The notes below the pieces were generated by a model. The model was given only the letters and a program-made list of their open reading frames with translations. It made no database searches and was not told the DNA's origin. Source: an uncultured Candidatus Rokubacteria bacterium (GTDB lineage: Bacteria > Methylomirabilota > Methylomirabilia > Rokubacteriales > DASRDR01). From it: DNA of 64,000 nt. The translations under genes and the position numbers were made by a program. This document shows positions 1-10,152 of this stretch, piece by piece (the stretch's first letter is position 1; every line of letters begins with the position of its first letter). The stretch is from the NCBI GenBank assembly GCA_963826115.1, contig CAWGVS010000005.1, positions 1 through 64,000 of the forward strand, given 5' to 3'.

Positions 1-61
1 CCGCGCTAGAATAGCCCGTCCGTCGCGGGCCCCCCGATCCTCGGGGCCCGCGGGAGGGGGC

Positions 62-3000
62 ATGGAAGGCGCCGTGCGGCCGCGAGGCCGCCTGTTCCGG
101 AAGTACGTCGTGCTCTTCGCGAGCCTGGTGAGCGCCGCCTTGCTCGTGAGCGGCCTGGTCGAGCTCTACTTCTCCTACCGCGAGAACCTGGCCGCCCTGG
201 TGGCCCTCCAGCGGGAGCAGGCCGCGGGCGCCGCCGGCCGGATCGAGGCCTTCGTCCGGGACATCGAGCGCCAGGTCGGGTGGGCGAGCCAGGGCCAGAT
301 CGGCACGCGCCAGACCGTCGAGCAGCGGCGCTTCGAGTTCATCCGCCTCCAGCGCCAGGCCCCCGCGGTGACGGAGGTGAGCCAGCTCGACACCCGGGGC
401 CGGGAGCAGCTCCGCGTCTCCCGCCTGGCCATGGACGTCGTCGGAAGCGACACCGACTTCTCGACGGACCCGCGGTTCACGGAGGCGAAGCCGGGCCGGC
501 CCTACTTCGGTCCCGTCTACTTCCGGAAGGAGTCCGAGCCCTACCTGACGCTCTCCGTCGCCGGCGGCGGCGACGCCGGCGTCACGGTCGCCGAGGTGAA
601 CCTGAAGTTCATCTGGGACGTCGTCTCCCAGATCCGCATCGGCACCACGGGGCGCGCCTACGTGGTGGACGGGCGGGGGCAGCTCGTCGCCCACCCGGAC
701 ATCAGCCTGGTCCTCCAGAAGACGGACCTCTCGCGCCTCGAGCAGGTCCAGGCCGCGCTCCAGGGGCCGGCGCCCGCGGGCGCCGCGTCCCGCGACTTCA
801 CGATCGCGAAGGACTCGGGCGGCCGCCAGGTGCTGACGGCGTCCGCCCGCATCTCGCCGCTCGGGTGGTGGGTCTTCGTCGAGCAGCCGCTCGGCGAGGC
901 GCTGGCGCCGCTCTACGCCTCCGTCTACCGCACCGTGGGGCTCCTCCTGGGCGGCGTGCTCCTCTCGGTCCTCGCGAGCCTCCTCCTCGCGCGGCGCATG
1001 ACGACGCCGATCCACGCCCTCGAGGCGGGCGCGGCGCGGATCGGCGCGGGCGCGCTCGACCAGCGGATCGACGTGAAGACCGGCGACGAGCTGGAGGGGC
1101 TCGCCGACCAGTTCAACCGCATGACCGCCCAGCTCCAGGAGTCCTACGCCACCCTCGAGCAGAAGGTCGAGGACCGCACCCGCGAGCTCACCGAGGCGCT
1201 CGAGCAGCAGACGGCGACCGCGGAGATCCTGCGGGTCATCTCGAGCTCGCCGACGGACATCCAGCCGGTGCTCGACGCGGTCGCCGAGAGCGCGACGCGG
1301 CTCTGCGAGGCGCGGGACGTCTCGATCGCGCGGTGGACGACGACTTCCTGAAGGTCGTGGCGTCCCACGGGCGATGCTCGCGCGCTGGTGGCCGGAGCGG
1401 GGGCAGTCACGACGTCGCCGACGGGTCGACGTCACCGGCCGGGCCGTCGTGGATCGGGCGCACCGTCGCGGAGCGTGCACGACCTGGCGTCCGAGTCGGA
1501 CGAGGAGTATCCGGAGGGCAAGCACTACCGCGCGCCGTTCGGGCACCGGACGAACTCTTGCCATGCCGCTCCTCCGGGAGGGTGTCCCGATCGGCGTCGT
1601 CGCGATGCGGCGCGAGGAGGTTCGGCCCTTCACGACCGGCAGGTCCGACTCCTCGAGACCTTCGCCGCGCAGGCGGTGATCGCGATCGAGAACGTGCGCC
1701 TGTTCCAGGAGCTGGAGACGCGCAACAGCCAGCTCAGCGAGACGCTCGAGCAGCAGACGGCGACCACCGAGATCCTGCGGGTCATCTCGAGCTCGCCGAC
1801 GGACATCCAGCCGACGTTCGACGCGATCGCCGCGAGCGCCGTCCGGCTCTGCGAGGCCGACGCAGGGGGAGGTCTACCGATTCGACGGGCAGCTGATCCA
1901 CGTGATGGCCCAGTACGGCGACCGGCCCCACGCGAGGTGAGGCGCTCGCGCCGGCTCTTCCCGCGTTCCTCCCGGCCGCGGGACCGTCACCGGCCGGCCG
2001 ATCCTGACGGGCGCGGTCGTCCAGGCCGACGTCGCCACCGACCCGGAGCACGAGTTCCGCGACGTCTTCGGGTTCTTCCGGACCGTTCTGGCGTGCCGAT
2101 GCTCCGCGACGGGGCCCCGATCGGCGCGATCGCCGTCAGCCGGCAGAGGGCCACCCCTTCTCGCCGAAGCAGATCGCCCTCCTCGAGACCTTCGCCGCCC
2201 AGGCGGTGATCGCGATCGAGAACGTGCGCCTCTTCCAGGAGCTCGAGACACGGAACCGCGACCTCGGCGAGGCCCTCGAGCAGCAGACCGCGACCGCGGA
2301 GATCCTGGGCGTCATCTCGAGCTCGCCGACGAACCTGGCGCCCGTCTTCGACAAGATCCTGGACAAGGCCTGCGCGCTCTCGGACGCGCAGCTCGGGGCC
2401 GTCTTCCGCCTGGAGGGGACGCGCTTCGACGCCGCCGCGTGGCGCGGCGTCCGGAAGGAGTTCGCCGAGCTCCTCCGGACGCGGGAGTACCGCGTCGGCC
2501 GGCCGATGTTCCGGCCCGAGGGGCCGTGGCATCCGGTCCACATCGAGGACGTCACGAAGACCGCGATCATGCAGGACCCGAACCTCCTCGAGATCGTCGA
2601 GACCGAGCACGTCCGCACGGTGCTCGGCGTCCCGCTGGTCCGCGAGGGCCAGATGATCGGCTCGATCATGATGTACCGGCGGGAGATCCGCCCGTTCACG
2701 GACAAGCAGATCCAGCTCGTGTCGACCTTCGCCAGCCAGGCGGTGATCGCCATCGAGAACGCGCGCCTCTTCCAGGAGCTCCAGGCGCGGACGCAGGACC
2801 TCGCCCGGTCGGTCGAGCAGCTCCAGGCGCTGGGCGCGGTTGGCCAGGCGGTGAGCTCCACGCTCGACCTCGAGACGGTGCTGACGACCATCGTCTCGCG
2901 CGCCGACCTCCTGGCCGGCGCCGACGGCGGCGCCATCTACGAGTACGACGAGGCGGCGCGGATGTTCCACCTGCGCGCGACGCAGCGCTTCGACCCCGAG

Positions 3001-4053
3001 CTCGCCGAGGTCGCGCGCTCCGCCCCCATCCCGATGGGCGAGGGCGCGGTGGGCCGCGCCGGCGTCACGCGGCAGCCCGTCGAGATCGCGGACATCGCGG
3101 CGCCCGGGGCCTACGAGAGCCGTCTCCGCGACGCGATGACGCATTCCGGGCTCCGCGCGATCCTCGCGGTGCCGCTCCTTCGCGAGGGCCGCATCCTGGG
3201 CGGCCTCGTGGTGACCCGGAAGAACCCCGGCCGCTTCGCCCCCGAGGTCGTCGACCTCCTGAAGACCCTCGCCGCCCAGTCGGCGATCGCCATCCAGAAC
3301 GCGCGCCTGTTCAGCGAGCTCGAGGACAAGAGCCGCGAGCTCGAGGCGGCGAGCCGCCACAAGTCCGAGTTCCTGGCGAACATGTCCCACGAGCTCCGGA
3401 CGCCGCTGAACGCCATCATCGGGTTCTCCGAGGTGCTCGGGGAGCGCATGTTCGGCGACCTCAACGACAAGCAGGCCGAGTACATCCAGGACATCCTGTC
3501 CTCGGGGCGGCACCTGCTCGCCCTCATCAACGACATCCTCGACCTCTCCAAGGTCGAGGCGGGGCGGATGGAGCTCGAGCTCTCGCGCTTCGACCTCCCG
3601 GCGGCGATCGGCGGCGCCGTCATCCTCGTTCGCGAGCGGGCGACCCGCCACGGGCTCCAGCTCGACACGTCGGTCGACGACCGGCTGGGGCTCTTCGTCG
3701 GCGACGAGCGGAAGATCCGCCAGGTGCTCCTGAACCTCCTGTCGAACGCCGTGAAGTTCACCCCGGAGGGCGGGCGCGTGGCGGTCCGCGCGGCGCCGGC
3801 CAACGGGTCGGTGGAGATCTCGGTGACCGACACCGGCATCGGGATCGCGCCCGAGGACCAGGAGGCGATCTTCCAGGAGTTCCGGCAGGTGGGCACGGAC
3901 TACGCGCGGAAGCGCGAGGGGACGGGGCTCGGCCTCGCTCTCGCCCGGCGGTTCGTCGACCTCCACGGCGGGCGGCTCTGGGTCAAGAGCCGGCCCGGCG
4001 AGGGATCGACCTTCACCTTCACCATACCTGTGAGGCCATGGCCGGCGAGCTGA
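62..4053 (+). CDS. Membrane sensor histidine kinase (TM-dCache-TM-HAMP-about 4 GAF-HisKA-HATPase), interrupted by several frameshifts at ~1330-2170
   Basis: Joins ORFs 62-1351, 1388-2209 and 2206-4053. Cache motif [31 protein letters not shown], repeated GAF linkers [19 protein letters not shown]-box [19 protein letters not shown]-box [21 protein letters not shown]. Confidence 0.9.
1199..2345 (+). repeat. Intragenic near-identical direct repeats encoding GAF-linker helices (~1199-1267, ~1652-1813, ~2182-2331)
   Basis: ctcgagcagcagac.gcgacc.c.gagatcctg.g.gtcatctcgagctcgccgac occurs three times; ctcgagaccttcgccgc.caggcggtgatcgcgatcgagaacgtgcgcct occurs twice. Confidence 0.85.
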
Positions 4054-4427
4054 TCCTGATCGTCGAGGACAACGAGAAGAACCGGAAGCTCGTGCGGGAC
4101 GTCCTTCAGTTCAAGGGCTACCGCACGATCGAGGCCGAGACGGCGGAGCTCGGGCTCGAGCTGGCTCGGGCGTCCGCGCCCGCGCTGATCCTCATGGACA
4201 TCCAGCTCCCGGGCATGAACGGGATCGAGGCGCTCGGCCACCTGCGGGCCGACCCCGCCACGCGCGACATCCCGATCGTGGCGGTCACCGCCTCGGCGAT
4301 GACCCAGGACCGCCAGCGGATCCTGGCCGCGGGCTTCGACGCCTACCAGTCGAAGCCGATCGACGTGAAGGGCTTCGTCGACCTGGTGGCGAGCATCCTG
4401 GTCTCCGGCCGCGGGGGAGCGCGATGA
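4038..4427 (+). CDS. Single-domain response regulator (CheY/DivK-like)
   Basis: [18 protein letters not shown]...LILMDIQLPGMNG...AVTASAM...YQSKPID; overlaps the kinase stop. Confidence 0.93.
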   Translation: MAGELILIVEDNEKNRKLVRDVLQFKGYRTIEAETAELGLELARASAPALILMDIQLPGMNGIEALGHLRADPATRDIPIVAVTASAMTQDRQRILAAGFDAYQSKPIDVKGFVDLVASILVSGRGGAR

Positions 4428-5546
4428 CCGCGCCGCCCGCGAAGATCCTGGTCGTCGACGACACGCCCCAGAACGTCAAGCTCCTCGCCGACCTCCTGAC
4501 CGTGAAGGGCTATCAGGTGGTGACCGCGGCGTCGGGCGCCGAGGCCCTCGCGCGGGTCGAGGCGGACCGCCCCGACCTGGTCCTCCTCGACGTGATCATG
4601 CCGGGCATGAGCGGCTACGAGGTCTGCCAGAAGATCCGCGCCGACGGCCGGAACGGGATCCTGCCGGTGGTGATGGTGACGGCGCTCGACCCGACCGCGG
4701 AGCGGATCAAGGGGCTCGACGCCGGCGCGGACGATTTCCTCAGCAAGCCGATCAACCTGCCGGAGCTCCTCGCGCGCGTGCGCTCGCTCCTCCGGATCAA
4801 GCAGCTCTACGACACGGTCGAGGCCCAGTCCGCCCAGCTCGTCCGAGTGGAACCAGACGCTCGAGGGGCGGGTCGCCGACCAGGTCGGCCAGCTCGAGCG
4901 CCTGTCGAAGCTGAAGCGCTTCTTCTCGCCGCAGCTGGCCGAGCTGATCGTGTCGGGGGGCGCGGACGACCCCCTCCGGACTCATCGCCGCGACGTCACG
5001 GTGGTCTTCCTCGACCTCCGGGGCTACACCGCGTTCGCCGAGACGGCGGAGCCCGAGGAGGTGATGGGCGTCCTCCGCGACTACCACCGCGAGATGGGGA
5101 CGCTCGTGCTGCAGCACGAGGGGACGCTCGAGCGCTTCGCCGGCGACGGCATGATGGTCTTCTTCAACGACCCGGTCGTCGTGGCGAACCCGGAGGAGCG
5201 CGCGGTGCGGATGGCGCTCTCCATGCGGGACCGCGTGACCGAGGTCGCGGCGGGCTGGAAGAAGCGCGGCTACGAGCTCGACGTCGGGCTCGGCATCGCG
5301 AAGGGGTTCGCCACGATCGGGGCCATCGGGTTCGAGGGCCGGTGGGACTACGGGGCCATCGGGAGCGTGACCAACCTCGCCTTCCGCCTGTGCAGCGAGG
5401 CGCAGCCCGGCCAGGTCCTGGCGACCAAGCGCGTCGTGGCGGCGGTCGAGGAGCTGGTGGAGACCGAGGCCGTCGGGGACCTCGCGCTCAAGGGTTTCGC
5501 CCGCCCCGTCGCGACGGTCTCGCTCACGAAGCTCCGGGGCGCCTAG
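4424..5546 (+). CDS. Response regulator receiver fused to class III adenylate/guanylate cyclase (one frameshift at ~4842)
   Basis: REC ILVVDDTPQN...LLDVIMP...SKP; removing one base gives EWNQTLEGRVADQVGQLERLSKLKRFFSPQLAELI leading into cyclase motifs FLDLRGYT, FAGDG, TNLAFRL. Confidence 0.9.
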
Positions 5547-5628
5547 CCCCCCGCAACCTCTTTGCAATCCCCGGTCGCTGGAGTAGGGTGGGGGACGCCG
5601 TGCCAATCGACCCGGCCCCGGTGAGCGC

Positions 5629-6384
5629 GTGATCGGCCGCATCCACCACGTCGCCGTCGCCGTCCACGACCTGGACGCCGGCCTCGCGTTCTGGCGGGAC
5701 ACGCTCGGGCTCCCGCTCCTCCGGTCGGCCGACATCGGCGACCAGGGCGTGCGCGCGGCCCTCCTCGCGTGCGGGGCGGCGGAGATCGAGGTCATCGCGC
5801 CGCTCAACCCGGACACCGCGGTCGCGCGCTTCCTCGCGAGCCGGGGCGAGGGCCTCCACCACGTCTGCTTCGAGTCGGACGACGTCGTGAAGGAGGTGCG
5901 CCGGTTCATCGGGACCGGGGTCGACATGATCGACGGGAAGCCCCGCGCGGGCCTCGCCGGCAAGGTCGCGTTCGTCCACCCGCGCGCCTGCGGGAAGCTC
6001 CTGGTCGAGCTCTCGACGCCGTCCCAGCGGGCGCCGCTCCCCGAGACCCCGCTCGCGATCTCGGTGGTCCACGCCAAGGTCGAGGACGTGAGCGGGGCGG
6101 CGCAGCGCTTCCAGGACCTCTTCGGGATGAAGCGGGGCCTGGCGGCCGAGGACGGGTCGTTCGTCCACCTCGGCCTCGCGGGGGTGACGCTCCAGCTGAC
6201 GCCGCTGGGCGGCGGCTACCCGAAGCCCACCTTCACGGCGCTCCGCCTCCGGTCCGGCGACCTCCCGGCGGTCGCGACGCGCCTCAAGGAGCGGGGCGTG
6301 GCGTGTCAGGAGAGCGCCGTCGGACTGGTGGTCGCTCCGGGGCCGGGGCAGGGGGCGCCTCTCATCGTGGAACCCGGCCGCTGA
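5629..6384 (+). CDS. VOC family protein; methylmalonyl-CoA epimerase-like N-terminal domain plus second VOC-like domain
   Basis: IHHVAVAVHDLD...IEVIAP...GEGLHHVCF...VAFVHPR...LVEL. Confidence 0.8.
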   Translation: MIGRIHHVAVAVHDLDAGLAFWRDTLGLPLLRSADIGDQGVRAALLACGAAEIEVIAPLNPDTAVARFLASRGEGLHHVCFESDDVVKEVRRFIGTGVDMIDGKPRAGLAGKVAFVHPRACGKLLVELSTPSQRAPLPETPLAISVVHAKVEDVSGAAQRFQDLFGMKRGLAAEDGSFVHLGLAGVTLQLTPLGGGYPKPTFTALRLRSGDLPAVATRLKERGVACQESAVGLVVAPGPGQGAPLIVEPGR

Positions 6385-6406
6385 TCCCACCGAGGAGGAC
6401 CCGCGC

Positions 6407-7174
6407 GTGAGGCTCGAGGGACAGGTCGCGCTCGTGACCGGCGGCGGCACGGGCATCGGACGCGGGATCTCGCGCACCTTCGCCCGCGAGGGCGCCACGG
6501 TGGTGATCAACTACCAGAAGTCCAAGGACAAGGCCGAGGCCACGGTCCGCGAGATCCGCGAGGCCGGGGGCCGCGCGGTCGCCGTCCAGGCCGACGTCCG
6601 CCGCGAGGCGGACGTCAAGCGCCTGGTCGACGAGACGGTGCGCGAGGGGGGCCGGCTCGACGTCCTCGTCAACAACGCGGGCTGGACCCAGGCGGTGCCG
6701 CACTCGAAGCTCGAGGCGCTGACCGACGACATCTGGCGGAAGGTCCTCGACACGAACGTCCTCGGGGCCTGGTACTGCATCAAGCACGCGGCGCCGGTGA
6801 TGAAGGCCCAGGGGCGCGGGGCGATCATCAACATCACCTCGGTCGCGGCGTACAGCGGGAAGGGGTCGTCGCTCGCCTACGCGGCGTCGAAGGCCGCGCT
6901 CGAGTCCATGACCCGCTCGCTCGCCCGCGCCCTCGGCCCGGAGATCCGGGTCAACGCGGTCGCGCCCGGGCTCGTCGAGACCGACTTCGCGGGCTGGGGC
7001 CCGCCCGTCTTCGAGGCCGGGCGCCACGAGGTCACGACGCCCGACCTGCCGACGCCCGAGGACTGCGGTGAGGCCGCCCTCTTCTTCGCCGCCGAGGGGC
7101 GCGCGACGACCGGGACGACGATCCTCGTCGACGGCGGCATCATCCCGCTCCAGCCCCGCGCGCCCACGCGCTAG
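6407..7174 (+). CDS. SDR family oxidoreductase
   Basis: TGGGTGIG, NNAG, YAASK motifs; GAGGAGG RBS upstream. Confidence 0.93.
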   Translation: MRLEGQVALVTGGGTGIGRGISRTFAREGATVVINYQKSKDKAEATVREIREAGGRAVAVQADVRREADVKRLVDETVREGGRLDVLVNNAGWTQAVPHSKLEALTDDIWRKVLDTNVLGAWYCIKHAAPVMKAQGRGAIINITSVAAYSGKGSSLAYAASKAALESMTRSLARALGPEIRVNAVAPGLVETDFAGWGPPVFEAGRHEVTTPDLPTPEDCGEAALFFAAEGRATTGTTILVDGGIIPLQPRAPTR

Positions 7175-7335
7175 TGCCGCCGCGGCCACCGCGCTCGGCC
7201 AAGCGCCGGGGTTCCGGCGCCGGCTCACCCCGGACGCGCCTCCGTTTCGTCCGCCTCTCGCGTCCAGCCGCTCCGGAGCGCCTCGCGGCCGGAACGCGGA
7301 GGGGTCCGATGACCATCGCGTCCTGAGGGCGCGGC

Positions 7336-8593
7336 GTGACCGGCGGCGCGTCGGGGCACCGGAGCGACACCGCCTGGCTGGTCGGCCTCTGCCTCTCGCG
7401 CTTCCTGGTCGCCCTGGTCTTCACGAGCTACGCCGCGGTCCTCCCGGTGCTCCAGCGCGAGTGGCACATGACGGCCGCCGCGGCCGGGGCCGTCGCGTCG
7501 GCGTTCCAGATCGGCTATGCGGGCTCGCTGGTCGGCTTCAACCTCCTCTCGGACCGGATCGGCGCGCGGCCCGCCTTCCTCTGGTCGAGCGTGGCGGGCG
7601 CGCCCACCGCCCTCGCCTTCGCGCTGCTCGCCGACGGCCCGGTCTCGGCGGCGCTCCTCTACGGCCTCGCCGCCCTGTCGATCGGCGGCAACTACACGCC
7701 GGGGCTGATCCTGATCGCCGAGCGCTTCCCCGTCGCCACGCGCGGGCGCGCGACGGGGTTCTTCCTCGCGGCGACCTCCATCGGCTACGCCGCCTCGCTC
7801 TTCGTCACCGGCGCGGTGCTCACCCGGTACGGCTGGCGGGCCGCCCTCCTGGCCGCCTCGCTCGGCCCGGTCCTCGGCGCGGTCGCGGCGGTCTGGACCG
7901 TGTGGGGCATGCCGACGCGGAGTCCACCCGCGGCGCGCCGGCCAGGGCTTCGGGTCGGAGTTCCTCCGGAATCCCGCCGCCCTGCTCCTGACCGCCGCGT
8001 ACACGGCCCACTCGTGGGAGCTCCTCGGGATGTGGGCGTGGACGCCCGCGTTCCTCTCCGCCTCGCTGATGATGCAGGGCCAGGACCTCGCGCGGGCGAC
8101 CGGCGGCGGCGCGCGCCTGGGCGCCCTCTTCCACCTGACGGGCTTCCTCGCGTCCTCCACCGCCGGTCACCTGTCGGACCGCTTCGGGCGCACGACCGTG
8201 ATCATCTTCATGCTGGCCGTGAGCACCGCGTGCTCGCTGACGTTCGGGTGGCTGATCGCGGCGCCGTTCTGGATCCTGCTCGTCGTCGGCCTGGTCTACG
8301 GGTTCAGCGGCGTGGGCGACTCGCCGGTGCTCTCGGTCGCGCTGACGGAGGCGGTGGCGCCGCAGGTCCTCGGCTCGGCGCTCGCGGTGCGGTCCCTCCT
8401 CGGCTTCGGCGCCGGGGCGGCCGCCCAGTGGGCGTTCGGGAAGGTGCTGGACGCCACCAACGCCGGGCCGCCCTACACCCACTGGGGCTGGGCCTACTGC
8501 CTCCTCGGCGCCGGCGGGGCGATCGGCCTCGTCTCGACGATCTGGCTCCGCCTCCGCCCCGAGAGCCGCCGCCTCGCCGGCGGCCTCGGCTAG
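7336..8593 (+). CDS. MFS transporter (one frameshift at ~7921)
   Basis: Two hydrophobic halves (7336-~7920 and ~7922-8593) with LSDRIGAR and LSDRFGR motif-A loops; continuous after removing one base. Confidence 0.88.
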
Positions 8594-8663
8594 GCCCGCC
8601 GCCCCGGTCGGGCTCATCGCATGCCGCGCGTCGACGGTGCTCTGGTGTAGAGTTGCGCCTGCC

Positions 8664-9011
8664 ATGGTGCCACGCGATCGTCGGACTCGACAGCGACGCC
8701 GGGAGGAAGCGGTCCGTCGTCGCGAGTGCCCGGGGATCTACTTCGCCGATGAACCCGCGGGTCGCACCGCCAAGATCATGGGCACCGGGCTCGGAGTCTG
8801 GGAAGTGATGCGGGACAACGTTGTGGCCGGAGAGCGGGAGGAAGGACTACGCGAGATCTATCCGCAGCTCACGGCGACGCAGATCGGCTCGGCGCGGAGC
8901 TACTTCGTACGCTACCGCGACGAGATCGAGCGTCAGATCGCCGACAACGCCGCACTGACCCCGGAGCGTGTGGCTGCGGGGTATCCCGGACTCGTCTGGC
9001 CGGCCGGATGA
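8664..9011 (+). CDS. DUF433-domain (antitoxin-like) protein, possibly N-terminally truncated
   Basis: CPGIYFADEPAGRTAKIMGTGLGVWEV...YPQLTATQIGSARSYFVRYRDEIERQI resembles DUF433; lower GC than flanks; start uncertain. Confidence 0.7.
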   Translation: MVPRDRRTRQRRREEAVRRRECPGIYFADEPAGRTAKIMGTGLGVWEVMRDNVVAGEREEGLREIYPQLTATQIGSARSYFVRYRDEIERQIADNAALTPERVAAGYPGLVWPAG

Positions 9012-9014
9012 GGC

Positions 9015-10091
9015 CTAGCAGGACGGGAACGCGGCGGCCTTCACGTACTCCCCGTTGTTGTCGAGCGTGACCTCCTCGACGGCGCTGTCGCCGTTCACGA
9101 TCACGACGACGGAGTAGCGCAGCCCGCCCGCGCCCGCGACGCTCGCGCGGCTCCGCGCGACGACCTCGAGGTCCGCGCTGGCGCCCGGCGCGAGGGCCGG
9201 CACCGCCTTCCGCCCGCCGAGGGTGGCCACGCCCACGATCTTCACGGTGGCCTCGACGACCGCCGCGCTCCGCGGGACGAACGCGGCCGCGCCGACGTTC
9301 TTGACCGTCACGCGGACGGTCACCACGGGCTCCTTCCGCGCGCAGCCCGGATCGGCCGCCGTCGTGACCGCGACGATCGCGAGATCGGGCTTGCCCGCCG
9401 TCGCGGTCGCGGGGCCCGGCGCCGGCTTCGGGGCGGGCGCGGCCGGCGCGGGGGCGGACGGCGCCACGGGAGCGGGCGGGGCGGCCGTGGCCGGCGGCGG
9501 CGCGGCCGGGACCGGCTGGGCCGGCGGCGCCGCCGAGGGCGGAGCCGGCCGGGCCGTCTTCGGCGCGGGGGCGGTCGCCGCCGCGGACCCGCGCGGCCGG
9601 ACGTCCACCGTGCGCTGCCGGACGTTGTCCGCGTGGACCATCTCCTCGACCTTGCGGTCGGGGTTCACCTCGCAGGCGACCTCGTGCGGGCCCGGCGCGG
9701 CCGGCGTCCAGTACTCGCCGACCGAGACCGGCCCGCCGATTCTCACGGGCACCCGGAGGTCGCGGACGACCCTCCCGTCGACGCGGAACACGAGGGTCAC
9801 GGCGTCCGGCGCCTCCGTCCCCTGCGCCCCGAGCCGGCAGCGGAGGTAGAGCTCGTCGCCCACCTCGGGCGGCCGCGCCAACGTGATCGGCCCGCGCGCG
9901 TCCTCGACGGTCAGGCTCTCGACCGCCAGCTCGACCGCGCCGGCCGGGGAGCCGAGCGCGAGCGCGCCGAGGACGCTGGCGAGGGCGAGCGCCCTCGCGG
10001 GACGACGGACCGATCGCGCCGCGGCAGGGAAAATGTCGGACCTTCCTTCCCGGATGCCGACTCCCGCGCCGGCCCCGAGCGTTTCGGCCAT
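9015..10091 (-). CDS. Secreted protein with two CARDB/Ig-like domains and a Pro/Ala linker
   Basis: Signal-like ALALASVLGALALGSPAGA; VNPDRKVEE...DN and PDLAIV...VKNVG...VNGDSAVEEVTLDNN; start uncertain. Confidence 0.75.
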   Translation of the reverse strand: MAETLGAGAGVGIREGRSDIFPAAARSVRRPARALALASVLGALALGSPAGAVELAVESLTVEDARGPITLARPPEVGDELYLRCRLGAQGTEAPDAVTLVFRVDGRVVRDLRVPVRIGGPVSVGEYWTPAAPGPHEVACEVNPDRKVEEMVHADNVRQRTVDVRPRGSAAATAPAPKTARPAPPSAAPPAQPVPAAPPPATAAPPAPVAPSAPAPAAPAPKPAPGPATATAGKPDLAIVAVTTAADPGCARKEPVVTVRVTVKNVGAAAFVPRSAAVVEATVKIVGVATLGGRKAVPALAPGASADLEVVARSRASVAGAGGLRYSVVVIVNGDSAVEEVTLDNNGEYVKAAAFPSC

Positions 10092-10152
10092 TCTGCGGCA
10101 ACCGGCGCGTCCGAGGGAAGCCCGAAGCCAGGGGGCTCCGGACCCGGGCCCG

